A stretch of DNA of 64,000 nt from the human T2T-CHM13v2.0 reference genome, Homo sapiens. The notes beneath the pieces are model-generated. The model saw nothing but the letters and a program-made list of their open reading frames with translations. It was not told the DNA's origin and did no database searches. This document shows, piece by piece, positions 46,639 through 60,077 of this stretch (the stretch's first letter is position 1; every line of letters begins with the position of its first letter). The stretch is from NCBI RefSeq assembly GCF_009914755.1, contig NC_060936.1; one strand, given 5' to 3'. The translations under genes were made by a program, and so were the position numbers.

Positions 46639-48528
46639 CTTTGTGGTTTTATCTACTTTTGGTCTTTGATGATGGTGATGTACAGATGGGTTTTTGGTGT
46701 GGATGTCCTTTCTGTTTGTTAGTTTTCCTTCTAACAGACAGAACCCTCAGCTGCTGGTCTGTTGGAGTTTGCTAGAGGTCCACTCCAGACCCTGTTTGCT
46801 TGGGTATCAGCAGCTGTGTCTGCAGAACCGCGGATTTTCGTGATCCGCGGATGCTGCTGTCTGATCATTCCTCTGGAAGTTTTGTCTCAGAGGAGTACCC
46901 GGCCATGTAAGGTGTCAGTCTGCCCCTACTGGGGGGTGCCTCCCAGCTAGACTGCTCGGGGGTCAGGGGTCAGGGACCCACTTGAAGAGGCAGTCTGCTC
47001 ATTCTCAGATCTCCAGCTGCATGCTGGGGGAACCACTGCTCTCCTCAAAGCTGTCAGACAGGGACCTTTAAGTCTGCAGAGGTTACTGCTGTCTTTTTAT
47101 CTGTGCCCTGCCCCCAGAAGTGGAGCCTACAGAGGCAGGCAGGCCTCCTTGAGCTGTGATGGGCTCCACCCAGTTGGAGCTTCCCAGCTGCTTTGTTTAC
47201 CTAAGTGAGCCTGGGCAATGGCGGGTGCCCCTCCCCCAGCCTCGCTGCCGCTTTGCAGTTTGATCTCAGACTGCTGCGCTAGCAATCAGTGAGACTCCGT
47301 GGGCGTAGAACCCTCCAAGCCAGGTGTGGGATACAATCTCCTGGTGCACCGTTTTTTAAGCCCGTCGGAAAAGCGCAGTTTTAGGGTGGGAGTGACCCGA
47401 TTTTCCAGGTGTCATCTGTCACCCCTTTTTTTGACTAGGAAACGGAACTTCCTGACCCCTTGCGCTTCCCGAGTGAGGCAATGCCTCGCCCTGCTTTGGC
47501 TTGCACACGGTGCACTGCATCCACTTTCCTGCGCCCACTGTCTGGCACTCCCTAGTGAGATGAACCCAGTACCTCAGATGGAAATGCAGAAATCACCCAT
47601 GTTCTGTGCCGCTCACGCTGGGAGCTGTAGACCAGAGCTGTTCCTCTTGGGCCATCTTGGCTCCACCTCCCCTCAATAATTATTGAAACAAATGAAATAA
47701 ACAGCCTGAATAGAATGGAAGCTAGAAACAAAACGAAGGAGGAAAAGAAGAAAAGAACGAAAGACAGAAAGAAAGACAGACTGGGAGAAAATATGGAGTG
47801 AAAAGAGAAATAGAAAAATATTATCTCTTCCAAACACATTTAATACTAAGGGCAAGAAGAATGAAATATGAGGGATTGTAGGAAGAATTTATCAGAAAAT
47901 TAATGAGGGTAATGAGTAAAAAGTAGGTAACACAATATAAAGATCTTGAGTCAATCAATTGCTGTTTTTAAAAACTATCTAGTTTAAAATGGAGACTGTG
48001 GGACTTGCTTTGTAATGCGAATTATTAAATGAGAAGACGTAGTGTGAAGTAGTGAATCAGACACATACTTCTAGGTTTTTTAAGGCACAGAAAGAAGGCA
48101 CACACACACAAACACACACATAATCTGAAATGTAACTGCTGCTGCTATTTTTCTGAAGTCTTTGAAGGATAAATGTAGAGGTGAAGTGTGCACTGTCTAG
48201 GAACTGTGAGTTAAAGAGGACAGTTCTGAACCTTAGAGACTGTCAGTTCATATGAAGTGTTCCTAATGTGCTCTTTTAAAGATGAAGCAGGCAGCTACAA
48301 GATAAGATGGAAGTTGTCAACTGCATGACAAAGGTTGCAAAGTAAGTGGATAAAATTGGGGATTAGGGCAGGTGTGAGAGCAGGTGTCTGTGGACTTGAA
48401 CAAGTGGGTGAAGGAACTGAGTTCTGAGTCTGGAGGGTAGAGGCAGTGAGTAGTAGCCAAATATCCTGCGAAAGAGAGTTGGAGTTTTTGGAAAAGTTGG
48501 AGATTGGAGTGGAGATAACTACCTAACC

Positions 48529-48538
48529 TACACACACG

Positions 48539-48572
<34 letters not shown>

Positions 48573-48573
48573 T
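48529..48573. repeat. Imperfect (CA)n microsatellite
   Basis: Direct reading. Confidence 0.85.
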
Positions 48574-48964
48574 TCAACTTAGCCGTGGTTCCTTCTCTAA
48601 GAAGATTCCTTTTAAGTCACTGTTTAAAAGGAAACTTCAGCTTCGTTAAGAAAGACATACTCATGTCCCACATACATACCAATCACATTATCATAGGCAG
48701 ATATGAAGCTGATGATTTGAAAACAAACTTATCTCACCTGTACAATTTTACATCCCTATGGGGTAGCTATGATTTTTCTGTCTGAAAAACTCCTTCAATT
48801 AACATGGTAGCATCTTAACATCTTAATCCCATGTATATATTATATATTTTGATAAAATAAGGTAATACATCTCTTTTCTTCTCTAAATGATTCTCCGTAA
48901 CAGTAACATTATGTACGACACTGGGCCTCATCCAGGGTCATTAATATGTTCTTGTTAATACATA

Positions 48965-49677
48965 CAGTATTTCCCCTTTATCCACAGTTTTGCTTTCCAA
49001 GGTTTCAGTTACCTGTAGTCAGCCCCAGTCCAAAAGTATTATATGGGAAATTCCAGAAATAAACAATTTATAGGTTTTTAATTGTGCAGCATTCTGACTA
49101 GCATGATTGCATTTCGCACCATCCATCTCCATCCTGCCGTAGATATGAATCATGCCTTTGTCTAGCATAGCCATGCTGTACACACCACCTGCTGCTAGTC
49201 ACTTCACAGCCATCTGGAGAATTTGATTGTCACTGTATTGCAGTGCTTGTATTCAAGTAAACCTTACTTTGCTAGTAATGGCCCCAAATCATAAGATTAG
49301 CGATGCTGGAAATTTGGATATGTGAAAAAGAGCCATAAAGTGCTTCCTTTAAGTGAAAAGGTAGAAGTTATTGATTTGATAAGAAAAGCAAATAAATTTT
49401 ATGTTGAGGTTTCTAAGATCTACAGTGCCATAATATATTTTGGGAGGGAGAGAGAGATATCATACATCATTCACATAACATTGGAGTATATTGTTATTAT
49501 TGTTCTATTTTATTATTGTTCTTGTTAGTCTCTTCTTGTGCCTAATTCATAAATTAAACTTTATCATAGGTATGTTTAGGAAATATTATAATATACATAG
49601 GGTTCAGTACTATCTGTGGTTTCAGGAATCCACTGGAGGTTTTGGAATGGATCCCCCGCACATAAGGGGGAGTACCG
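48965..49677 (+). mobile_element. MER44-like Tigger element
   Basis: TIRs cagtatttccccttta... / ...taagggggagtaccg, with TA flanks. Confidence 0.8.
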
Positions 49678-51070
49678 TAATCCAAATCTCACGAGCTCTA
49701 GTTAAATCCTTCTTTGTCTTGTGCTTCCTTTTTTGAATAGGAATAACAACTCAGTTTCCCTGGGATTTGCTAGACCAGGGCAGGTGCAAACACAGCAGAA
49801 ACTTTCTTCATACAGGGTACTACTAATTCTGCAAGTTCTCCACTTTTCTGACTCGGTCTATGCCGAGGCTTTATATCCTTTTGAGGCAGTAAAACAATTG
49901 CAGTTGTGTGAAACCCTGATCTTAGTTATTGGCCAAATCTACAAATGACCATGTTTCCCCATAATGGAGTATGCAATTGCTCTACCATTTTCCATCTTTC
50001 TAAAATACTTAGGGATCCACTTGTGTTTTGAACATATGCAATTTGCTTTTTTTTTCCCCCTGGGAAGAAATGTCCCAGAGGCTCTACTTAGATCCAGAGC
50101 TAAGAGCAATAAGTAAAGTATTCCCCATTCCCATCAGACACATTGTCTCTCTGTTTCCTTCCCACTAAAACCCCTTATATGCCTCCTAATCTGTTACATC
50201 AATAACACTACACAGAAAGGAGGAGAGGCCCAGAGATGTTTTTCTCTACTCAGGAGGGAGCTGGACAATTCAGGGGAATTAGAATAAAAATAAATAAATG
50301 TTGGTGCAACTCATATGTAGTGACTGTCAGAGCATTGGCTTCCATGTCAAGAGTGGGCTCCTGTCCTGTAGCTGAGATGGAAGACAGAGACATTGGAAGA
50401 GACCTGTACAATTCTGATTCTCCTTCAGTAACAGAAAAGCAGATTTTTTTTTTCATATTCACAGGAACCCAAAGGCTGAGAGCAATCTCATGAATACGGA
50501 ATTGCTACAGATACATGGCTCCTCCTTCCCAGGCAAGTTCTTAATGCTAATTCTTGATTACTCTGGCCATTTATTAACTTATTTCATCTGCAAGTATTTA
50601 TTACTTGCTTGCTATGTAACACCACTTTTGCTAAGTTCTGGTTAAAATAATGTATTCTCCTCCCATATTCTGACTACCTTTCTTTAGGTAAGAAATACTT
50701 TGAATAAAAAATTACTTGTGATGAATGTAGCAGTGTAAAATGGAAGGTCAAACAGAAGGTTATAAAAATGAATACAATCTCTCTTGAGTTGGGAGTCATT
50801 GAGCCATTCTTATTTCAGTGATGTTTGCACAAGGCCACAAACGCTTCTGGCAGTTCAGTGAAATGAACCAAGGGGCGGATCCCTGGGAGAACAGCAAATA
50901 TAAAGGCTGAGAGAAAGCAGGCCCTTTTGAGTTAAATGTAAACAATATATTGGATCTGGCATGCTGAGGGTAAATATGTTGGATCAGCACAATGTGAGTT
51001 AATCTGAGGTCAGATCTTAAATAGCCTGGTAGGCAACATAAGAAATATTCTCTATATTGAAAGTCATTGG

Positions 51071-51218
51071 GGCTGGGAGTGGTGGCTCATGCCTGTAATC
51101 CCAGCAGCACTTTGAGAGGCTGAGGTAAGAGGACTGCTTGAGGCCAGGAGTTCAAGGCTGCAGTGAACTATGATTGTGCAGAGACCCCGTGTCTTAAAAA
51201 AAAAAAAAAAAGAAAGAA
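51071..51218 (+). mobile_element. Alu monomer (FLAM-like)
   Basis: ggctggg..gtggctcatgcctgtaatcccagc...gaccccgtgtc plus poly(A). Confidence 0.8.
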
Positions 51219-51257
51219 AATCCATGAGACTGTCATAGAGCACCTTAAGCAGAACTG

Positions 51258-51690
51258 GATTTCTGATTCAATTTCCTTACTAGTTAATGGTCTGTTCAGA
51301 TTTTCTATTTCTTCATGATTCATTCTTATTAGGTTATATGTTTCTAGGAATTTATCCATTTCTGTCAAGTTATATAATTTATTGGCCTGTAATTATGCAT
51401 AGTAATCCTTTTTGTTTCTGGGGCATCAGTTGTAATGCCTCTATTTCTTTTTTGACTTTTTTATTTTTTACTCTGGATTTTTAAATTTCTTAGTTTAGCT
51501 AAGGGTTTGTCAATTTTGTTTACGTTTTTGGAAGACCAACTGTTAGTTTTATTTTTTCTAAATTTTAAATTCTCTATTTTATGTTTGTCTGCTTTAATCT
51601 TTATTTCCCTCCTAATATCTTTGGCCTTAGCTTGTTCTTTTTCTAGTTCCTTTAGGTTTAGAATTAGATTGTTTATTTGAAATCTCTCTT
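51258..51690 (-). mobile_element. Old L1 ORF2 fragment
   Basis: [20 protein letters not shown] in ORF 51168..51368. Confidence 0.75.
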
Positions 51691-51699
51691 CTTTTTCTC

Positions 51700-51895
51700 A
51701 CTTTTTTTTTTTTTAGTCTGTCACCCAGGATGGAGTGCATGGCATAATTGCAGCTCACTGCAGCCTCGAACTCCTGAGCTCAAGTGATCCTCCCACCTCA
51801 GCTTCCCGAGTAGATGGGACCACAGGTGTGCGCTACCATGCCTGGCTAATTTTCTTTATTTTTGCAGAGATGAGGTCTCACTATGCTGCTCTGGC
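51700..51895 (-). mobile_element. AluJ, 5'-truncated
   Basis: gcagcctcgaactcctgagctcaagtgatcctccc (J diagnostic). Confidence 0.8.
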
Positions 51896-53274
51896 TTGAA
51901 TATTTTCAAAATACCTTTCTTAGACATTTTTTCCAAGTTAGGACACAAATATGTTCTTCCAACTTAATCATTATATCTTCTAAGTTTTTTTTTTTCCATT
52001 CTATTACAGACATCCCCCTGCGTTTATCTCCATGTGTTTGGCTTAATGTGGAGTTCGAGCAATTTTTTCCCTTTTGAAATGTCTCACATTCTACATATGA
52101 ATAATTGATTCCTCTGTATCTTTCTAACACAAATGGAATAGTCAGTATGCCTTTGGTAATTTATAATAGGTACATCAGGGTTTCAGGAAGTTTGAAAGGT
52201 CACAGATTATTAGGATACTATAGGGAAATTACTTGACATCTTAAGAGTAGATAAAATATAAATTTATAAAAGTAGCTTTATCAGGCTACTTTTACTGTGA
52301 CTGTAAATTCACCTCAGGAATGTTTATATTTCATAAGCTCTACCATTTTGTTAAAGGACATCTCTGTCCTGAGACTCTTGGAAACATTACAAAAGTTGAT
52401 CAATTGGGTTGTGACAGTCTGTTCAAACTTCTTTAAACTGCATGTTAATAGTTCATTGATTATCCATTTATTCTCTCTCCTGAACAACATTCAAAGGCCC
52501 CCAGAATAACTTTGGGTTGTCTGGGCCTGGTATCTAAATATGGATCAACCAACTGGCAAATTCACATATCCAAGGGATCCTAATGAGCCTAGAAAAAAAT
52601 CCTAAATCCTCATTTAAAAATAGATTAATTTAACAAATGAAAATAAACAAAAACAAATATACCCCACCCCCAATATGTGGGTATATGCACACACATACAC
52701 ACACACACACATGCCTACACACACTTTGGTATGCTGTAATAGATAAGTGAGTTCTTTCTTCTGCACCCTCACAGAAAATAATTAGGGAAATGTGGATAGG
52801 CTTTACCATTTGTCTTTCACTATGCATCTATTTCTCTAGGCCGTTGTCTCTTAAATAAGTGAAGGAACATGCATACATATGAACATGCATAAATGGTTTT
52901 ACACCTTCAAGTCTGTTTTTGAGTATTCTAAAATGTTTCTTTAGTTACTTACAGTGTTTTTCTATATCAGCCAAGATAATTACATTTATCTAATTGAATT
53001 TACAAATTATTTTGATTGTATTATTGATGTTGAACCATCCTTGATCTCATAGATCATGTTGTGCTTTTATGCACATTATTTTAATACAGAGTTCACATTG
53101 ATTTACTATTTTATTTTCATGCAGCTAGATTATAAATTGGTTTGTGTGTGTCATTTTATTTTTTATGCCATTCTTGGTTTTTCATAGCAGCAAACAAAAA
53201 ACAAGATGTGATTTTCAAGAGTTCATATTATAGGACATTTTTCATCATGGCAATTTGCTAAACTTAGACTAAAG

Positions 53275-54262
53275 ACCTTAACAAACACCTCACCAAAGAA
53301 GATATACAGATGCAAATAAGCATATGAAAAGATACTCTACATTATATGTCATCAGAGAAACATAAATTAAAACAACAATGAGATACCACTGCACACCTAT
53401 TAGAATGGACAAAATTCAGAACTCTGACAGCACCTAATGCTGGTGAGGATGTGGAGCAACAGGAATACTCACTCATTGCTGGTGGGAATGCAAAATGGTA
53501 TAGCCACTTTGAAAGACACTTTGGCCATTTCTTACAAAACTGATCATACTCTTACCATATGTTCCTGCAATCATGCTCTTTGATATTTACCCAAATGAAC
53601 TGAAAGCTTATATCTACATAAAAATCTGCAAAGAGATGTTTATAGCAGCTTTATTCATAATTGTCAAAACTTGAAGCAACCGAGATGTCCTTCAATAGGT
53701 GAATGGAAAAGAAAACTGTGGTATATTCAGGCAATTGAATATTATTCATTGCTAAAAAGAATTGGGCTATCAAGCTATGAAAAGACATGGAAGAACTTAA
53801 ATTCATATTATTAAGTTAAAGAAGCCTATCTGGAAAGGCTACATATTGTATAATTTCAACTATATGACATCTGGAAGAAGCAAAAGTACAGAGATAGTAA
53901 AAAGATCAGTGGTTGTCAGGGCTGAAGAGAGGAGGAATGAATAGGCAGAGCACAGAGAATTTTAGGGCAGTAATAGTATCTTTATGATACTGTAATGGTG
54001 TATACATGGCATTATACATTTTTCTAAACCCATGGAATGTACATCAAGAGAGAACCCGAACATAAACTAAATAAAGACTTCAGGTGATAATGTACCAATA
54101 TAGGTTCATCAGCTGTAACAAATGTACCACTCTAGTGGGAAATATTGATAATGGGGGAGGCTGTGCATGTGTGGGGACAGAGGCATATGGAAAATCTCTG
54201 TGCCTTTTACTCAATTTTGCTATGAAACTAAAACTGCTCTAAAAAATAAAGTCTTAAAAAAA
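53275..54262 (+). mobile_element. L1MC-type 3' end
   Basis: ORF2 C-terminus plus 3'UTR ending taaaactgctctaaaaaataaagtc. Confidence 0.8.
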
Positions 54263-54429
54263 TTAGCTATACTTTGACAACTGAAGTATTTGTTAAATTT
54301 CTTAATCCTGTATTTTCCCAGGAGTAATTTCCTTTAAAATATGTTTTGAATTACTTTTGAAAGCTTTTATCTCTTTTTCAGTCGATTAGGAGATGTCAGT
54401 GGATTCTTTATTTTAAAATTTTGAAATCA

Positions 54430-56700
54430 ATAATCCTTGGATTTACATATTTTTAATGTAAAAATGGAATGAAGTATAATATCATAGGAAAATGTTCACA
54501 GATTATATACATACAGCTTGATGCATAAACACAAATTGAATACAACTTTTAAACCAGCAATCAAATTGACTTTACAGAAATGGGATCATTCAGTAAGAGT
54601 TATTTTGTGTTTATTTTCTTTCATTCAAGATAATGTTTCTGTCATTCGTCTTTGTTGTTGGTGTACAGTTGTAATGTTTACAATTTCCCAACTAAATAGT
54701 ATTATATTGAATAAATATACCACTATATCATTCTCCTGCTGTTGAGTATTTTCGTTGTTTTCAGTTTTTTAGCTCTTACAAATAGCTGTTGCTGTGAACA
54801 CTCTTGAAAATGTTTTCTGGTTAACATAAATATGCATTTTATTGAGTGTACACCTAGATAAACATTTGTATATATTTTATTGTTTATATGTTGAAGCTCA
54901 GAAAATGATACCCACAAAAGAAGGCCTCAGAAACAGCCTCAGAAAGTTTCTCTCTGACCTTCTTCTTCCCTTCTGTCTGTCATTCCTCATTCTTCCCCAA
55001 GGCTAACCATGGAAACTAGAATCCCTCTTCCTCAAGATGGGTCATAGAAACCAGAACACCTTTGCCCTAAAGCCAGCCATAGCACCTAAACATATTATCT
55101 AACTTTCCCCCACCTTTCTATATAAGAACTAGCCATAAAGAAATTCTCTGATCTACCTTGGTCGATTGTAGGTCATAAGACCCTCATTCCAGAAAAGGTC
55201 CTACCCCATACCTCGGGGAAGGAGTGCTGCATGGAGAGACCAAGAAGAATCTAAACAACAGGCCTTGCTGGGTTTCCTTACTCAGTCTTTTCCTGTTAGA
55301 TCATACCCTTTTTGCTGTCCATTCTTCATTGAACCTAGCACAAAATTCGATAGTTTTCTCTGTACCTTTGGGTCTTCATTCTGAAGGCTCCTGTCTCATG
55401 TGGAGCTATGATCAAATACATTTTTTTTTCTCTTGTTAACCTGTCTTTTGTTGTAGGGGTATCAGCTGTAACACTTATGATGGGAAGAAAAGACATTATC
55501 CCCTTTTTGCCACTATATATAAACCTAGAGGTCACGCTGCTAGGTCATCACATATACATAAGTCCAGTTTTAGACGGTATCAATAAATACTTAGATGACA
55601 GCAAATCTTTTTACTGATTTACACTACCAATAGAAGTATATGTAAGTTCTTTTTCCACATTCTTGCCAACACACGGTGTTTGTGCCTCTATCATTTTAGC
55701 CACAGAGTATGTAATGATATTCACATTGTAGTTTTAATCTGCATGTTCTTTGTAATGGTTGAAGTTGAATGCCCTTTCATATGTTTACTGTCGCTTTGCA
55801 TATCCTATCTTGTGATGTGCTTGCTCATATATTTTGCCAACTTTTCTACTGGGTTGTCTCCATTGTTGGTGGAGCTGTAGAAGTTACTTATATAGTCTGA
55901 ATGTTAGCTCTTTGTCAGACATATAGTATGGAGCATAATTATCTTCTTCCATTTTTGTCAGTTGCATTTCCACTAACATTGGTATTTTTTCATGAGCAGA
56001 AGTTCTTGATTTTAATTTAGTTCCATTTAGTCTTTTTTTCTTTGTTGTTAGCACTTTTTTGCATCTTAAGAAATCTTTGGTGTTTAATTAGATATGTAAT
56101 CAATCTGAAATTAAGTTTTTCATATTGTATAAAGTAAGAGTCATGATGCATTTTTTTGTTGGATCCATTTTTTTTGTTTAATACTACTCTCATTGTTCTA
56201 GTATCACTTACTGAAAACAACTTTATTCTCTGTATTGCAATTGATGCTTTTGTTATAAACCAGGTGATTGCATGTGCCTTGGTGGGCTTCTGTACTCTCA
56301 TCAGCCCTTTGGTCTACTTATCTGTGGTTGCAACAATTACTGCACCTCAGAATTACTATACCTTTATAATTGCTCATTTTTGATAAGTTCTTCAGCCTTA
56401 CCTTTTATCTTCAAGAGTGCCATTACTATTTTTGGCCCTTCTCATTTTCATATAAATTTTAGAAGATTCTCATCAACTTCTACCAAAAAACCTTCCTAGT
56501 TTTAAAAATGAGACTGTATTCAATCTATAGATCAATTTCTAAGATTGCAATTTTCAAAATATTAAGTTTTCCAATCCATAAACATAGCATATCCTTGAAT
56601 TTCTATTTTTATAGATGGTTTTAAAATTTCTTTTTTATAATGCTTGCATTTTTCAGGAAACATATCTTAAAATATTTCATTAGATTTATTCCCAGGTATT
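54430..56700 (-). mobile_element. Highly decayed L1ME-type fragment
   Basis: Scattered antisense L1 motifs (ttccacattcttgccaacac, caatctatagatcaattt). Confidence 0.55.
54889..55517 (+). mobile_element. ERV1 MER4-group solo LTR (MER31/MER67-like) inside an old L1ME
   Basis: tgttgaagctcagaaaatgataccc...gaaggcctcaga...ttgggtcttcattctgaaggctcc. Confidence 0.6.
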
Positions 56701-57196
56701 CATGCACCTATTTATTAATGAAGAAAGGACTCAACTATCCTGTTTAAATCTATAACATGGGTGCAAAAAACTGATTACTAATGTTTTTTCTCGTTTCTTA
56801 AAATCAACCTCTCTCTTGCTCTGGGTTTTCCTAAAAGCAAAGTATAAAACCTTGTGCATTTTATGCCACAAGGACTTGGGCATAAAAGATTATTTGGGAG
56901 CAAGAGAGAGTGAGGAAATGAGGGAATAGGGATAATGTAGCAAGGCAAAAAAGACAATAATATGTGAGTTATTCAGCTGAATGTTAATGTAGGCAATGTC
57001 ACTCAGTCCCACTGGAACCCTTTGAAGAAATGTCTAGAATGTATATCGGAACTGCCTCTGAAAATCCCCCCCTGCATATATATATATATATCAGAGTATT
57101 AAAAACACACCAAGAACTTAGACTTGATCTGACCAAAATTTTGCCACAACTCTACACTTAACACAACAAACATCATAAAGAAAATATAAGAACTAA

Positions 57197-57455
57197 CTCA
57201 CTCATAAGTGGAAGGTGAACAATGAGAACACATGGACCCAAGGAGGGGAACATCACACACCGGGGCCTGTCGGGGGGGTGGAGTGAAAGGGGAGGGAGAG
57301 AATAAGACAAATACCTAATGCATGCGGGGCTTAAAACCTAGATTACGGGTTGATAGGTACAGCAAACTACCATGGGACACATATATCTATGTAACAAACC
57401 TGCACATTCAGCACATGTATCCCAGAACTTAAAGTGAAATAAAAAAAAAGTTAAA
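57197..57455 (+). mobile_element. Short L1PA (PA8-10-like) 3' end
   Basis: ctcactcataagtgg...cccagaacttaaagt plus poly(A); TSD aagaactaa. Confidence 0.85.
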
Positions 57456-57710
57456 AAGAACTAAATATATAAAGGGTATACCATAATTAAATGGAGAGAT
57501 AGAGTCAATATTATTAAAATTAAAACAATCTCAAATAAATCTCAGCACAGACTGATGTGGAAATTGAAAGATAGATACTGAAGTTTATCTGAAAGTACAT
57601 AGGACCTAGTATTGCCAAGGCAATGCTGAAGACTAAGAACATGGCTGTAGAATTTATACTACCAGATTTCAAGACTTATTACAAAGCTACATTAAATGAA
57701 ATATTGTATT

Positions 57711-58018
57711 GGCTGGGCACAGTGACTCTCCCCTGTAACCCCAGCACTTTGGGAAGCCAAGGCGGGCAGATCACTTGAGACCAGGAGTTCAAGAGCAGCC
57801 TGGCCAACATGGTGAAACCCCCTTTCTGCTAAAAATACAAAAATTAGCCTGGCGTGGTTGTGTATGTCTGTAGTCAGCTACTCAGGAGGCTGAGGAACTA
57901 ACATTGCCTGAACCAGGAGGTGGAGGTTGCAGTGAGCCAAGATCATGCCACTGCACTCCACCCTTGGTGATGGAGCAAGGGAATCAGTGACTATCTCAAA
58001 AAAAAAAAAAAAAAAAAA
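57711..58018 (+). mobile_element. Alu (S/J), full length, diverged
   Basis: ggctgggcacagtg..., dimer structure, A-tail. Confidence 0.9.
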
Positions 58019-58458
58019 GAGTATTGTCAACACAAATAGAATAGAATAGATAGTTTGGAAACAGATTCAAATATATATAGTCATCTGATTTATACAAAGC
58101 ATTCAGTACGAGTCAATGGGCAAAGGTGGTCTTTTCAACTCCTACATGTCAATTGCATATCTAGTAAAAAAAATACTATACACAAAATTATTTTGAGCTA
58201 AATCATAAAGTTAAAGTGGATTCCTTTTTATCAATTAGAAAAAGAAAGACCAATTAAAAATGAACAAAATACTTGAATACATACTTCCCCTAAAAGGATA
58301 TCAAAATGGCTATTTTGACCCATTCCAATCATTACTTGTTCCTAGAGTAAATAATATCCTAAATTGCATGTGTTTAAACTTTATGTAAATAGAATCATAC
58401 AGTATGACTCTATTTGAAATGCTCCCAACACATAGAAATGATAAATACTCAAGATGAT

Positions 58459-58865
58459 TGTATTAGTGCATTCTCACACTGCTATAAAGAAATACCTGAG
58501 CCTGGGTAATTTATAAAGAAAAGATGTTTAATTGGCTCACGGTTCCACAGGCTGTACAGGAATCATGACAGTTTCTGGGGAGCCCTCAGGAAACTTTCAA
58601 TCATGGTGGAAGGCAAAGGGTAAGTGACACATCTTAGATGGTTGGAGCAGGAGAAAGGTGGTGGTGGGGGTGGGGTGGGGGGGCAGCAACGAGGTGCCTC
58701 TCACTTTAAAATAAACAGATCTCATAAGAACTCACTTATTATCATGAGAACAGCACCCAGGGGGAAATCCACCCCATGATCACCTCCCACCAGGTCCCAT
58801 CTCCAATATTGGGGATTACAATTTGACATGAGATTTGAGTGGGGACGCAGATCCAAACCATATCA
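58459..58865 (-). mobile_element. MSTA/B MaLR solo LTR nested in an L1MA 3'UTR (58415-58965)
   Basis: tgtattagtgcattctcac...ccaaaccatatca; host sequence gatgat|...|ggatggataccct continues across it. Confidence 0.85.
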
Positions 58866-59022
58866 GGATGGATACCCTAAGTACCTTGACTTGATTATTA
58901 CATATTCTATACATGTAACAAAATATCACATGTATCCTACAAATATGTGAAATATTATGTATCAATGATCTAAAGAAGAATTAGTATTAAATGAACACAT
59001 TTTGCTGAACATAGAGTAGGGG

Positions 59023-59502
59023 TCATGGAAGACAAAGTTGAAAAAAGCAAACATGGGAACCAAGATGGCCAAATAGGAACAGTTCCGGTCTACAGCTCCC
59101 AGCGTGAGTGACGCAGAGGACAGATGATTTCTGCATTTCCAACTGAGGTACCAGGTTCATCTCACTGGGGAGTGCCGGACAGTGGGGGAAGGACAGTGGG
59201 TGCAGCACACCATGCATGAGCCAAAGCAGGGCGAGGCATCGCCTCACCTGGGAAGTGCAAGGGATCAGGGAATTCCCTTTCCTAGTCAAAGAAAGGGGTG
59301 ACAGATGGCACCTGGAAAATTGGGTCACTCCCACCCTAACACTGTGCATTTCCAATGGGCTTAACAAATGGCACACCAAGAGATTATATCCTGCACCTGG
59401 CTCAGAGGGTCCTACACCCACGGAGCCTCGCTCATTGCTAGCACAGCAGTCTGAGATCAAACTGCAAGGTGGCAGCGAGGCTGAGGGAGGGGGGCCTGCC
59501 AT
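59023..59502 (-). other. L1 antisense ORF0, open and extended to 159 aa
   Basis: MAGPPPSASLPPCSLISDCCASN... within ORF 59023..59571; Kozak-like GCAATGG. Confidence 0.6.
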
Positions 59503-60077
59503 TGCTGAGGCTTGAGTAGGTAAACAAAGTGGCCGGGAAGCTTGAACTGGGTGGAGCCCACCACAGCTCAAGGAGGCCTGCCTGCCTCTGTAGGCTCCAC
59601 CTCTGGAGGCAGGGTGCAGACAAACAAAAGGCAGCAGTAACCTCTGCAGACTTAAATGTCCCTGTCTGACAGCTTTGAAGAGAGTAGTGGTTCTCCCAGC
59701 ACGCAGCTTGAGATTTGAGAATGGGCAGACTGCCTCCTCAAGTGGGTCCCTGACCCCCGAGTAGCCTAACTGGGAGGCACCCCCCAGTAGGGGCAGACTG
59801 ACACCTCACATGGCCGGGTACTCCTCTGAGACAAAACTTCCAGAGGAACGATCAGGCAGCAGCATTTGCGGTTCACAAATATCCACTGCTCTGCAGCCAC
59901 CACTGCTGATACCCAGGCAAACAGGGTCTGGAGTGGACCTCCAGAAAACTCCAACAGACCTGCAGCTGAGGGTCCTGACTGTTAGAAGGAAAACTAACAA
60001 ACAGAAAGGACATCCACACAAAAGCCCCATCTGTATGTCACCATGATCAAAGACCAAAGGTAGATAAAACCACAAAG

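Noticed and set aside
47218-47679. ORF0 of the left L1 and ORF 47299..47679
   Set aside because: ORF0 stops after 24 codons (TGA 47290); the downstream ORF begins at GTG and is just the remainder of that frame.
58655-58685. G-rich tract with G-quadruplex potential
   Set aside because: It is the variable purine tract of an MST LTR, with no evidence of function.
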